Positions 50,641-63,355 of a stretch of 64,000 nucleotides of DNA are shown here, one piece after another (the stretch's first letter is position 1; each line of letters opens with the position of its first letter). This stretch comes from Narcine bancroftii (taxonomy: Eukaryota). A program made the position numbers and the translations under genes. The stretch lies in the NCBI RefSeq assembly GCF_036971445.1, contig NC_091469.1:9362001-9426000 (forward strand), in the 5' to 3' direction. A model generated the notes under the pieces. That model saw only the letters and a list, made by a program, of their open reading frames with translations, was not told the origin of the DNA and made no database searches.

Positions 50641-51470
50641 TGTTCCTTTTTATAATGCTCTTAAAGTTGAAAATGCCAGCCAGCAACATGTTTCGATCAA
50701 GTTTATTCCCAATGTGTTTCACTGCATTTTTTAAGAGTACTCTTGCCTTTTGTTATGTCAAGGAGATTACAGATTTGGCACATATTTGGCGAGTGGCAAT
50801 GGTGCATATTAAAGGTTCCAAACATTACGCTATGAGACATAGATGATGGACATGATCACACCACTCAATTTGTTTTATGCTGGATATTATCAAACACATG
50901 ACATCTTTGCAGATGAAGCCAAGGCTTTTGTCATGAGCTGGAATTGCATATGGCGAATCCTGTCAGAGAACCCTGGTGAATACACCCCCCAATGGTCAAA
51001 AACAGCGACCTCTCCACCCTCCGCCCCTGCATACGATCTCTTCCTTCCTTCCTTCTCCCTGCTGCTTTTCCTCCTTCCTATTCCTCTTTCTTCTTCCTAT
51101 TATTTCTCCTCATTCTTCCTCTTCCTCCATTTATTTCCTTCCTCCTGGGCTGTTGCCCTACCTTGCAAGTCATCTCCTCCTTCTCCCCACCCCCGGCATA
51201 TCGGAGGCCATGAGGAATGGTCAGCAATGCCACAATATCAATTAAGAAACTGAAACAGAATGGAGCTGGATTGTGGGAGCATTCCCAGTGAGAGCATGCT
51301 TAATTGAGTCTTTTTTTTTAACATGCCCATTCAAGTGAAATTTTGGCAATTAAAGAATTGCTGAGGATCAGTGAGTCAGGAAACATCCATGGTTTGAAGT
51401 GGTCAGTCAAGAGGTCTAAGGTAAAAACATCATGAGATGGGACCAGAGAAGGAGTCACCCAGTACGAAGG

Positions 51471-51780
51471 AGTAACAGAATGCAGATGTGACCTTGTACA
51501 CTCAAGATAAGCTTGGCACTAACAAGAATGATGTGTAGCAGACTAACAGAGAAGGATAGCAACAGTTTATTCATTGGACAATGTCATGGTATGATCATTT
51601 ACTAAGTACGTATCCTGAGGTATAAAAAAAACACCACTTGCTGATAACGGCAGAATGCGCCTTCTCCAACTAACACTGTTAGTTGCAAGTGTTACAATCC
51701 GGTAATAAAGAACAAAGAACCTTGATTTCGACTCAGTCTGGTGTCTGACTCACTCATTCATGAACAAAGCAGACCTAACA
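51471..51780 (+). mobile_element. Solo LTR
   Basis: TATAAAA at about 51621, AATAAA at about 51704, ends CCTAACA; interrupts a Penelope pLTR remnant. Confidence 0.6.
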
Positions 51781-52394
51781 CTTGTCAGAGCTAAACGCTG
51801 ACAGAAAAAAAAAGGAGAAACCACATATAAAAGGGGAAAGAAGCTGGGGGAGGGGGTGGAGTCTAGAGGTGATAAGAAGATGTGTGAGGAAAGACATCGA
51901 TAATGCCTGGGCACTTCAAATTTATTCTCACATGTACCAAAGTGTTATGAGAAACTTTGTTTTACGAGTAGTCAATCTAGGCATCTCACAGATAGTACAG
52001 CAGGTGAAAGCAATCCAGACATGTAGGGTAACAGAGAGAGACAGTTGGGGCAGAGAAAAAGCAATATAACTTTACAGGTGTGTGTTGTTTGCATGTCTTA
52101 AGGCCTTGCTCTAAATCCGCTCCTCCACCACAGAACAATCGTATCGACTAGACACGATATTTGGGAGTTAAGTGGCTCCAAAGGGTTGATGTGGGTTTGT
52201 GTGAGGCATGAGTTTGGTGTGAGGGTAATTTGGTTCTCCATAAATACTGTTTCCCCTGCTGAATATTGACAGCAGATCCTTTTTCAACAGGATATTCACA
52301 TCTTAAGACATTTCATGATTTTGCCTAATTTCTTCTTGGCATTTTTTCGCTGAATCTAAACTTACCACTGTTAATTTAGACGAATCTCAAATAT

Positions 52395-52620
52395 CTCAAA
52401 GTGGTTGGCTGAGTTAGCATAGGAGGGGAGCAATGTCATTAGGAGTGTCAGTAATTCGAGTTCAAATCCAGAGATTGTAGTTTTCCTTGTGACCTCCTTG
52501 GGTTTTCTCCAGATTCTCCACTTTCCTCTCATTTTCCAAAACACAGCTATTTGGTTCATTGAGTGTAATCGGGAGACATTTGTTTCAATGGCCAGAATGG
52601 GCTTTTTCCATACTATAACA
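52395..52620 (+). mobile_element. V-SINE-like SINE
   Basis: gttcaaatcc head and gtgacctccttgggttttctccagattctccactttcctc core. Confidence 0.6.
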
Positions 52621-53749
52621 TGAAACAATAAAAATGTCAAGGATCTGAGGAGGGCAGAGAATTCTGGCTAAAACTGAAATAATTTTAGAACAAGCTTCTC
52701 TGATACTACAATTGTTTTGCAGGATTTTGTTAAGGCAATAAAAATAAGGTGCAAATTTTATTTTCAAGAACATTAAAAAAAACTTTCTGTATTGTGCATC
52801 AAACCAGAATCCAATAACATTTATCGGAGGATTTGGTTCAAAATGCTTTCTTTGATTCATCATTCAAACAAGATTGAAGAAGATATTAGGAACAGCACAT
52901 AAGCTGGCACACACTTCAAAGAATATCACAACTGCATTATCTGGCTAATGCTTTGCAGGTGATATTCTGCAGGCTGAAATATCCCTCAGTACTCTACAAG
53001 TATTACAGTTGATTGTAACTCTTTGTAAAAAATAACTTACATATTCCTTTTGAGCAACAAAGGTCCAAGAAAGTTATGCAAAAGAAAGATGTGTGAGAAT
53101 TAAGTGAGAAGATGAAAAAAAGGTCAAACTCAAGTTCAATTTTATTGTCATTTGTAGAAAAATGCAGAGATAAAGTTTGTTTTGCAAGCAGTCCACCAAC
53201 ACATCTTGTGTGTGGAACAGCAAGAGAGACCCAGTAAAGAAATGCAGGCCATTCATTGAATGCCTATGTTGTCCTTCCTTTAATGTTGCAGTGGTTAAGT
53301 TGCTGGAGTGATCATTCTGGACTATTGACCAAAAATTGTAAGATTGCATTCCATTATGCAGCTGGGGAAATTTAAATTTAAGTAATTAAAAATAAATCTC
53401 CAATCAAACATTAACACTTATCTCAAGAACAGTAAATATGAAATCACTATATTCTTTAAAAACAGGCCTGGTTCACTGATATTGTTCATCCAGTCTGACC
53501 TACACAGGGCTACAGAAACACTATCCCTTTTGAATAGAGGCTATCAGGGATGGACAATAAATGCTGGCAACAAGATGTGCTAATGTAATAGATGTCTGGA
53601 GATTCTGCATAATAGAAGGTCTTGCATCCAATTGAATTCATGCTGGTCAACAACCACACATTGATGCTCATTATCCACTCATCCATTTTATTTTCCTTAT
53701 TTCATCCCCTCATTCCTTTTTCTCCAATTTACAACAGCTCAGTATCCTC

Positions 53750-53890
53750 CCAACCCATTCATCTTTGGGATGTGGGAGGAAACCAGAGCACCTGAAGGAA
53801 CCCTACGAATGCACTGGGTGAACTTGCAAACCACAGAGAACCAGACCCAAGATAGGGATTGAACCCAGGTCTCTCTTGCTATGAGACAAT
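53750..53890 (-). mobile_element. V-SINE-like SINE fragment
   Basis: ggatgtgggaggaaaccagagcacctgaaggaaccc...gggattgaacccagg. Confidence 0.65.
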
Positions 53891-54664
53891 GGTATTATGA
53901 TATTGGCATTAATTGCATTTTAGATGGACACTGAAATATGCAGGGAGTTGGGAGATTTCTAGGCAGAAGAACTTTTGTTTATTTTTTTAAACATCATCTC
54001 AGAACAAACAGTGTGGGCTGTTCCTTTGCTGCACTGTTCCAAATTCCATATTTTAGGTTCTCTGATTAATGAAGCTACTTGCACCATGATGGCAACATGA
54101 ACAGAGTAGTTGTGACTTTGGGGGAACTGGATGTCAGTAGGAGGATTTTGGATTGTGGAAGACAAAAAGGAAATTGAAGGGATAATTGAATGACTGAAAT
54201 GGAGCTGTAACCTACAACCATTGAAACATCAATTCCTGCCCCTGTGAATGAGTCTGACCTGGACATGTGGCACACTGGGACCACTGTTCATTTTGCTTCA
54301 TCGATGCAAGGATTGGCTGGCTGTACCTCAGTTTTCTCAGAATCCCTTCAGTAGATCAATGTATGCTAATTGATAATCAGATCATGTGGCACTGTCACCA
54401 GAAAATCATCAATCTTCAGAAGCCAAACAACGGATACTTGATTTTTGTTTCTTGGAGTAGGCTGACGAACAGTAGAGAACTACGATTTAAAAGAACAGAT
54501 CAGAACTGATATTGAAAATAAACTTTAGAACTGCTGGATTTCTGCAATGATGCAACTGAGTTCAATATAGAATGCAGGAATTAACCTTTGTAAGAATTAA
54601 CCTAAACACACCAAGTTTCTCAGTAACATAATAAAAAAAGCATATTAGTTTGTGAAATTGTATC

Positions 54665-54890
54665 TGTAATGGAATGGATTATATGTACACATTGGCCAAT
54701 AAAGGCTCCGGCTGGCCTGCCCCCTGATGACACTCTCACCTGAACTCCTCCCCTGAGACCCAAGCCATCAAGGTCGAGCCACCTCTCCCTTCCCTGCACT
54801 TCCCTAGCCTGGATCCAGGCCACCTCAAGTCTTATGTCCAATAAAGCCTATCGTTCCCCTCAGTCTTTGTCCTTGTGGTCATTGGGGCAA
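54665..54890 (+). mobile_element. LTR-like element
   Basis: TGTAATGG start, C-rich body, AATAAAGCC followed by a U5-like tract. Confidence 0.45.
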
Positions 54891-55084
54891 CTGGTAGTGC
54901 CCAACAATCTGTAAGATCACAATGTAGCAAAATAATAAATACGCTCTCTCTTATCTGCAAGTTATGTTTCCTCTGAGCTTTTGATTTTAGAACAACTTTT
55001 GGGAACATTATAATGAACTAATATTGCAGAGGTTGAAAATATGAAATAAAAATGAAAACACTGAAAATGCTCAGGCAGAATTAG

Positions 55085-56270
55085 AGATTCAGATTTCAGA
55101 TTTATTGTCAGAGTACATACAAACTTGAGTCCTTTTTTTCCTGAGGGCGAGGTGGAATTATCTCTTATTAGTAATGCAAAAATAAACTATACACATGTAA
55201 ACAAATAAGAAATAGATAACTAATGTAAATAAATTGAGTGTGCAATACAGAGAGAATAATTCCTAGTAGATGTTCTCAGTGGTGGGGAGGGTATTGCCTG
55301 TGATGTACTGGGCTGTGTCCAATACCTTTTGGAAGGTTTTATGCTCAGGGGTATTGGTACCCCCATAAAAGACTGTGATGCAGCACAATTTCCACCACAC
55401 ATCTATATTGCCAGGGTCTTGTTGTCACACCAGACCTCCACAAACTCCTGAGGATGGAGAGGCGATGATGTGCTTTCTTCACAATGCCATTGGTGTGTTG
55501 GATCCAGGAAAGATCCTCTGAGATAGCGACTCACAAGAACTTAAATTTGCTCTCCCTTTCCACTTCTAAACCTCCAAAGATCACTGAATTGTATTCCTTT
55601 TGTTTTCTCTTCCTGAAATCAACAATCATTTCCTTGGTTATGGAGACATTGAATGAAAGGTTGTTGTTGACTCATCATTCAGTAAAGCTTTAAATCTTCA
55701 TTCTGCATGCTGACTCAATGCTTTTTTTTCCAACCCACTACCATGGTATTATGAGCAAATTTGTTTATGGTTTTATTGCCGTACTGAGCCACACACTGTT
55801 GTAAATTTAAAATGAGTAGAGCAGGGGCTAAGAACACAGCCCTGTGGTGCTCTGGTACTGATGGAGATTGTCAAGGAGATGTTCTTATCAACCCTCACTG
55901 ATTGTGGTCCAGTGGTGAGGAAATCCAGGATCCAAGTAAATAGTGGGGTGTTGAGTCCCACATCTTGGTGTTTGCTGATCTGTTTTGAGGGGATGATGGT
56001 GTTAAATGCTGAACTGTAGTTGATTATGAACACCCTGATGAATGGACCTTTGCTGTCCAGATGTTTCAGGGCTTTGTGTAGCGCTATCCACTGTAATCCT
56101 GTTGCTAAGACAGGCAAATTGGAACGGATCCATGTCGCTTTCAGCTAGAAGCCGATATGCTTCAACACAAGCCTTTCAAAACATTTCATCACTCTTGACG
56201 TAATGCTACTGGTCGATAGATATGAAGGCAGGTTATTACACTCTTCTTGGGCACTGGTATAATTGACACC
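55085..56270 (-). mobile_element. Rex1/Babar-like LINE RT plus 3' end
   Basis: ALHKALKHLD...FIINYSSAFNTIIP...WILDFLT...APQGCVLSP; (ttcaga)n tail. Confidence 0.85.
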
Positions 56271-56289
56271 TGTTTGATTCGGGGCTTGA

Positions 56290-56515
56290 ATTCTGATCAA
56301 GGGCCATCAAACTGAATAGCTAACTATGATTCTTTTTCCATAGATGTTGACTAGTCTGCTGAGTAACACCACCATTGCTGGAGAGAAAAAAAAAAGCTTT
56401 CTGCTGGAGGAACTCAGTAGGTCAAGCAGCATTAGTTGGAGAAAAATGAAATAGTCAATGTTTTGGGCTATAACCTTTCATCAAGATTGTTGCTCCAGAT
56501 TCTAGCACCTACAGT
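56290..56515. mobile_element. Cluster of Penelope pLTR remnants in both orientations
   Basis: ctgatcaagggcc...ctgctgagt arm, then tgctggaggaactcag...aacctttcatcaag, then ctccagattctagca. Confidence 0.55.
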
Positions 56516-57134
56516 CTAGAGTCAATTGTGTGCCCCCAGGTTAATAAGTTCCACGCTTGGAAATAGTTTCTTCCTTCAGGCTAAGAGATCGATGAATGGT
56601 ATCCTGTAATATTGGGACTCTTATAAATGAAATGAGTAAATTATTCCAAAATATTTATATTTATTTTATATTATATCTTTACGTATGTGAATATTGTGCT
56701 GTATATTGTGTGTGTGTCATGGTCTGGAGAAACACTGTTTCATCTGATTGTGCATGTATAGTCAGGTGACAAAAAACTTAAACCTGATAATATAGGACAG
56801 TGGCTTCATTTCCAGGGCAAAACCTGATGGCAACTTAACAGGGAAGAGCTATGTCTTTGGTGACTCGAACAAAATACATGCAAGAGCAATGGGTTAGGCT
56901 ACATTCTTTCTCAGACATTCATTGAAGTGAATAATCCACAACAAGTAATGCTGAGTATCATCAAAGAACCAACCATCGCCATGATGAAGATCAGGGAAAC
57001 CCTCACGCACAGTATCAGTAAGCAGAGGTCCAACGTCATCCTCCCAACTCTGAAGCATTTTTAGCCATTGAGCAACAAACTTTACCTCATGTGAAGGTCA
57101 TAGGTTGTGAGTTTGGGATTTATTTTAGCAATCC

Positions 57135-57310
57135 ATCCCATGAACCCAAGCTGCCTAAATACACCAATTAAACACATAAACCCCATATGTTCTTGAAGGG
57201 TGGAAGGTAAGGGGAGAACATAAGACACACACACATTACAGTGCTGGATTTGAACTCAGGCAACTGGTCTTGTAATAGCATTGTGCTAACAACTGCATTA
57301 GCCATGCCAC
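57135..57310 (-). mobile_element. V-SINE-like SINE
   Basis: tacaccaattaa...ggggagaacata...ggatttgaactc...gccatgccacc. Confidence 0.6.
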
Positions 57311-57589
57311 CATTTTTTTCCCATGAACTTAAATGCTTAATGTTTAATTTCATGCATTTAAAAAAAAATAATTTTAACATTTGAAAGGTTAACATTTTTA
57401 ATTGTTTGAACTACTTTTAAGTGTTCAAAAATATTGATTTCCTCTCTTCACTCTTACCTCCTGCACTGTTCCAGAGAAACTACACATAAACCTAAGGAAT
57501 AACAATTCATCTTGCAAACTGCCACAGTGTAGATTTCAGATTTGAGATTTATTGTCAGGGTACATACATGATATCGCATCCAACCCTAA

Positions 57590-57807
57590 GATTCTATCAC
57601 CAATATGTATATGTGCAGATGGTGGTGTAGGATGACTGTGATTGGCTGAGAGTGTAGCCACACCTAATGGCAGGTCGTAAAAGATTGCTCCTAGCCAGAC
57701 CAGGTCATTCTGGACTGGTCGACCTACTTGTGATATGCTCCAGTCTTTTAGTTAATAAAACCCTTGGTTTGGATCAACAAGTCTTTGGTTCTTTCGACGC
57801 ACATTAC
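57590..57807 (+). mobile_element. Solo LTR, same family as 9372-9587, 5' end clipped
   Basis: gattggctgagag...ctagccagaccaggtcatt...AATAAAA...ttcgacgcacaTTACA. Confidence 0.75.
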
Positions 57808-57883
57808 AATAACCTTCATGAAACTAGAAGGTGCGAATAAGCTAGTCAAATATTGCTCCCCTTTACATGTGTGCATGTGTTGG

Positions 57884-57885
<2 letters not shown>

Positions 57886-57923
<38 letters not shown>

Positions 57924-57925
57924 GT
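57886..57925. repeat. (GT)n microsatellite
   Basis: About 20 GT units with one interruption. Confidence 0.95.
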
Positions 57926-59109
57926 ACGGTTTGGCTTTGAAGACACATTGTTATTGTTCTCTCATCAACCTCAATGAGAATGATCAGATCTGCCACCTGA
58001 GCCAGGGTGGATAATGTCACGATTTAATATTCAAAATTGCATTAGTTGACGTGCACGCAAAATAATTTGAAAATCTTTGATTTTTTACCCCACAAAGGCA
58101 AACAAATGTTCACTAACTACTCCAGAAATTATTAAATCAAGAAAGAGAATTAAAAAAAAACTGCTTTCAGAGACAATGAGTAGGCATGGATTCCACCATC
58201 TCCTCGGATGTCCCCAGTTCTTGCTCTCCTGTCATTGCCGTAGGCTCTCATCCCATTGTTCAATGGTGAACACAAGCTTCCAAAGCACACCTTATCAACT
58301 CCTGGTTCTGATTCCTGGAAGCATTAGAAAGGTGTCAGCACCAGAGGCCTTCACAGTGCTCATTATATCTTCACGCATCCTGGACCCGATACCTGGTTTA
58401 TCAGAAGTTGGTTGTCTGCTGATTGAACCCCAAGCTGAGCCCACCACAGCAGCCGCATTTCATAGAGAATCCCAACAGGGTTGACAGAAGCTACCCCTGA
58501 CCTCTGGTTCAGTCCTGGCTGACCAAGTCTACTGCTGTTGTTCTCCTTCTCTGCAAAATTCTCTTCAAAGCTCTACCTTCTCGGCAGTGAAGGGGTGGGA
58601 GGGGGTGCCACGTAAACCAGCATTTGATTGAAGTCATTGGGATGAAGTCAAATATAAATTCTGCCCTGATGAAGTTCTGCAGTTGGAATTGTAGCTGTTG
58701 CTAAATGTCTCCATAGAATAAAGAGCAAACTATTAAGCTGAGCAAGTCATGTTGTATCTTTAGTTTATTAGGCAGTACTTTATTACAGCCCGAACAGCTT
58801 GAACCCCACCCCATGTCACCTATTGGCTGCATCCTGCTTGTTACCACAAAGTTGTCCCTCCTCTCAACTTGCCAATCCAAGCAGACATGCCAACCCACCA
58901 GCAGTGACAAACTCGACACACAACACGCATTGTCATGAGGCGGAGACAGAATTCAGTGGGAGGATTCTTGGTTGAAACTCAGTCTTGAATTCCAACTCCC
59001 TGAGCGTGGAACTAGGCCTGCAGTTCAGAGTAGAACCCAATAATCTTTAGAGACTGGCATGTTAAATCAATATTTTTCTTCACTAGCAGACTTCAGCAGG
59101 GATTTTATC

Positions 59110-59200
59110 TGAAGGCCGCCCCTGGCAATCGGTGTCACGTGACTCAGGCAATTGGATTTGAAAAGCTCAGATCAGCAGGAAGCTGATTGGGCAATAGAGA
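59110..59200 (+). promoter_or_regulatory. Probable proximal promoter: GC box, CLEAR/USF E-box overlapping an AP-1 site, two inverted CCAAT boxes, ETS core
   Basis: GGCCGCCCC 59114-59122; GTCACGTGAC 59134-59143; TGACTCA 59140-59146; ATTGG 59151-59155; CAGGAAG 59176-59182; CTGATTGG 59183-59190; no recognisable repeat here. Confidence 0.6.
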
Positions 59201-59282
59201 TCAGGTGATCCTGGGAAATTGTGACAGGTATTTTTAATTTGGTTCATCTCAGCAGACTGGAGTTGGAAGTTCTACACTGTAC

Positions 59283-59290
59283 ATGGAGCA
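59283..59290 (+). CDS. Putative end of exon 1 (ATG GAG CA, then donor GTGAGT) of an unidentified host gene
   Basis: CA|GTGAGT donor about 100 nt downstream of the promoter cluster; phase 2 joins in frame to the exon at 63873. Confidence 0.4.
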
Positions 59291-60459
59291 GTGAGTAGGA
59301 AATTCTCGACTAACTTGTTCTTTTCTACACTTCTTTGTTCAAGAAATTTCAAAGTTTTCCTGTGCTCTTGTGACTATCAAAGCAGATCACACTGTGATTT
59401 TGTTCTCTTGTTTGTGTACAATTTGTGTACAAATTGGGTGTGGCTCTCCTAGGCAGCATCTATTCTAAAACATCAATGAGTTAGATTAAAGGGTTTTGGA
59501 ATGAAAAACAGAAAATGCCTTGAGCTCTTCAACAGATAGGGTGAAGGGTCTCAGACATGAAACATGTTTTCTGTTTCCACAGATGCCAAGTTTTTCCAGA
59601 TTTTCCAATTTGTTTGTAATTCTCATTTAAATTCATTTGGGTTGTAGTTTCATTGTAATGCACTTCATTCTGTCAACATTGAAGACTTTGCTGGGGCATT
59701 TCCCAAGATTTAGAAACTCGGTGCATTTATTGTGAAAGAATAAGTGGTAATATTAAACACAAAGTTAAATGCTCATCATTGTGTGATTCCCTGCAGTCCA
59801 TCAGGGAATATTTGCAGAGACATGAACTGATTAAAGGTTTACCATCTCTGCAATCAATAGACTGACAATTATATTAATGCTGTCATTTGTCTTATTCTCC
59901 TGAGACAGTCAAGGACTATGGATTAGATTTACAATCACAAGCTGGTCTGAACCAGTAACATATGGTTAAAATGCAATTATTTATTTTGAAAAATTATTTG
60001 GATAACAACTCACATTAATTAGCTCTATCTGCATAAAATCTCATTACAAATATTTGATCTTTGGACATTTTATGAATAAACAACTGTTTGGAGTATGATC
60101 CACTAAAAAATTGCTGCTTGTATTTACTCTGTGAGCTTTAAGGCAGTTGATTATTTTCTAAAATGTGAACATACAACAATGCATCAAATTAATTCTTATT
60201 CCCATTGTTTCAAAGCTTGATGTGTTTAACTAATTAAAATAATGTTACATTCACCTGACTCATCTATGCTGGAAATGCTTTTTGGGGATAATGGCCAACA
60301 AAAATAATATTCAAAGTCTCTGAGTGTGGAGAAGAAATAGAGGGGAAAAGAAACATTGGTGGGAGGAACTTCCCTAATATGACCTAATAGAGCCTTTGAA
60401 ATTGGAGACACTGTTGTTCCACAGCTCTGGATGGTTTTAAAAATAATAGAAGAATCATT

Positions 60460-60980
60460 CAGCAATTTTAATTTTCATAGTTTGGAGGATGATTCTATTA
60501 ATGGATTGAAAAATAGCCTATTTCATGTTGGCAAGCTGTGATTATTTTGATGCCATGAGGATCAATAAGGCCCTTTAGCTGTTTTAAATCTTATACTAAT
60601 GATTGAAATTGAAGATCAGATGGTAATATTACGTTTTCCATTGGCACTATCAAGATGGGCAGCAATCAGACCACCAAACTTCTCAAAGGAATGGATGAAG
60701 TGTACAGGAAGGTGAGTTTAATCATCTTGGAGTCAAGAATATAAAAGTGCAGTTTTGAAGGAGTGCTGCACTTTGATGGTGTACAGAGAAATCTGGGTGG
60801 CTTGTCTATTTATATACAGAAAGCTGACAGATGAAAACAGTAAGCTGTTAGGAAGGCAAATAGAAAGTTGGTCCTCACTGCAGGTAGAGGGACAGAGTGA
60901 AATCGTCATGCTGTGATTTCTGCAGGGCTTAGTGTGACCAAACTTGAAACATGCTGGGAATGGTATCCACAAGTGAGGAA
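60460..60980 (+). mobile_element. Very old CR1 RT remnant
   Basis: Ghost of GVPQGS.LGP.LF.IYINDL...KFADDTK followed by KAN...I...LVRPxLE. Confidence 0.45.
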
Positions 60981-61920
60981 GGAAATTCTTACCTGGGCTG
61001 GTGCCAGAATACTAAGCTGAACCATACAAATGAATATTGCAACAATGAGTCCAATTCACAGCAAATAGCACAGCTTCAAACCTCATAAATACTTTCCACT
61101 ATCCACAAGTCAGGAGCATGATGGAATATTCTCTACTTGGCTGATTGAGTTTTGCTTCACTCACTCCCAAAAACTCTACAGCCTCCATGACAGGTATTCC
61201 ACTTGATTGGACTTTATCTTTCACACTAAATATTTACACCCTCCACCAATGGAACACCCTGGCCTCCTCCATCCTCATTAACAAGAGGCCACCAAGGTTT
61301 TTAACACATCTACTACCTCAAAGGCCTAAAGGAAGAGCAAAGTTCAAATTCAACTTCATTATTGTCTGACCATATGCATACAGGAAGACAAAACAACATT
61401 TCTCTGGACCACGACGCACATTTCTCACACAGCATAATATTCTAGAATAATTAATGAAATTTAATTTATGAGACCAAAGGTTATAAGGTACTCTTCAGTA
61501 CCTCCTTCCTATTGGTAGTGGGTCAAAGGTCCTGTGTGATGGATGGTATGGATCCTCAATAATTCTTTGAGGCTGATTTAATAACTCTCACATGAATGTC
61601 AATAATAGAGGAAAGGGATACCTCTGATTTTTCTCACACTTGGTGAAGTCCACACCATTTCACATCTGATCTTGAAGTATTCCTTCTTGGTTACTAAGTC
61701 CAAAAAAAATACCCGAGCTGTCTGTGCAGCAACATTGTGGGAGATTAAAAGCAAAACAGATGCCGGAAGTCCTGAACTAAAACTAGAATCACAGTGAATA
61801 CTCAGTGGGTTGAGCCGAGCACTGGTTCCTAAAGACGCAGCCCTTCAGTCCCTTGGTGCACAAATAAGTACTGGTGAGAAACACAAAAGCTGCGCGGCTG
61901 GATCTTGAGCAAATGAAGCA

Positions 61921-62070
61921 TTGTTGGAGGAACTCAGCAGCTCAGATGGTGTCTATGGGTAGGAATGGTCAGTCAACATTTTGGGTTGGAATCCTTCATC
62001 GATACTTGAAGGTTTGGACTTGAAATGCTGACTGATCATTTTTGCCCATAGATACTGAGTTCCTCCAGCA
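61921..62070. mobile_element. Foldback mini-element made of two inverted Penelope pLTR arms
   Basis: tgttggaggaactcag...ctatggg...tcagtcaacattt...ccttca, then tgaagg...aaatgctgactga...cccataga...ctgagttcctccagca. Confidence 0.75.
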
Positions 62071-62074
62071 GTTC

Positions 62075-62865
62075 AAGTTCAAATTGTCATTGCAACAAGT
62101 GCAACAAGCCAGAACACTTTTTTTTCCCAGTGTGAAACAGACAACACACATAAAGACAGATGACACATGGATATCCTACATATGCATGGATATGTGCGTA
62201 CATATGTTCTTAATGTAGATTCATGGAGACATTCAGCAGTCTCACTGACCGTGGGAAGAATCTCTTGTACTTCTCTATCTTTCCCCAATGAGAGTAGCTG
62301 CAAGATGCTGCTTGCAGGGTGGCAAGGGTCCTGCCACATATTTTGAGCTTCCTTTAAACAATAATCCCTGTAAAGGGTGGCACATATGGCGAAGCGGTTA
62401 GCAATTAGGTCAGCCTTCGAATTATGTGTTGTTGGTAAGGAGTTTGTATGTCTCCCTGTGTCTGCATGGGTTTTCCCTGGGGACTCTGGTTTCCTCTCAC
62501 CGTTCAAAACACACTAGGGGTGTAGCTTAATTTCATGTAAATTCGGCAGCATGGATTCATGGGTCAAAATGGCCTATTACCGTGCTGTATGTCTAAATTT
62601 AAATCGATGGGGGAAGGGGAACTCGAGGAATTCTCTCTGCCACTTTTATTTTCCTGTGGATTGACCTTTGATCCAAAGATCTACAGCAACCATACCACCA
62701 TGTGATGCAGCTGGCCAGGATGCTCTCCATGAAACTCCCATAGAAAGTTGACAGATAGTGGCCTGTAGCCTTGCCTGACTCAGCCTTGTCAGGAAGAGCA
62801 GCTACTGATGTACCTTCTTGACAAGTGAGGAGATTTTGTGTCCAAGATAGGTCACTTCTTAGGTG
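62075..62865 (-). mobile_element. Rex1/Babar-like 3' fragment interrupted by a V-SINE (62375-62600, plus strand)
   Basis: SDLSWTQN...FMESILASCITWWYG...KVAERI; QDPCHPASSILQLLS; SINE core gtaaggagtttgtatgtctccctgtgtctgcatgggtttt. Confidence 0.75.
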
Positions 62866-63084
62866 ACACATTGTTGGAGCATTTTCTGCTCAAATAATTA
62901 TGGTCATGACTTTATTGTCATAAACATTGTTTATCTGGACCAGACATTTTACTTGCTGCAGCTAAACAGCTTTTTCTAAAAACAACAGCAACTACAAAAC
63001 AACCAAAGATCAACAACACACTAAAAACTTAATAGAATTAACAATGCAACTTATAAATGCACAGGTATATAGATAATAAATATT

Positions 63085-63355
63085 TGTAGTGGTTGTGCAC
63101 AAGCACAGCAAAAGGAAATGAGCCAACAGGCCAATGTGATCTCCTTTAACACAACTGATTTTCTTTGAAGTTTGCACTGCAGTCTTTAAGGCCGTCTGGA
63201 GCCCACCCCTTGCAACACGCTGATGTAAGCGCGTACACATACTTCCAGACTGTGCCGAAAGAGAAGGACCCACGACACCATCTTTGCCATGGCTGCCCCA
63301 TTGACTGCGCGTGATGAGGAGCCGGTTCGTCACTGCAATTATGTGTGCCGCCACA
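63085..63355 (-). mobile_element. CpG-rich solo LTR-like element
   Basis: TGTAGTGG...GCCGCCACA termini; GC/CpG content contrasts with the flanks; style similar to the Gypsy LTR at 3826-4162. Confidence 0.5.

Noticed and set aside
54724-58680. Isolated CTGATGA at 54724 and 58666 as hammerheads or C/D boxes
   Set aside because: No properly spaced GAAA, no pairing stems and no pLTR context.
58077-58850. 135-aa ORF or divergent first exon upstream of the promoter
   Set aside because: No recognisable protein and no strong splice sites; faint resemblance to an old Tx1 ORF1 on the minus strand. Left unresolved.
60655-60711. Exon-like MGSNQTTKLLKGMDEVYRK with an AAG|GTGAGT donor
   Set aside because: Lies within an old CR1 RT remnant and has a poor acceptor; probably chance unless RNA-seq shows exonisation.
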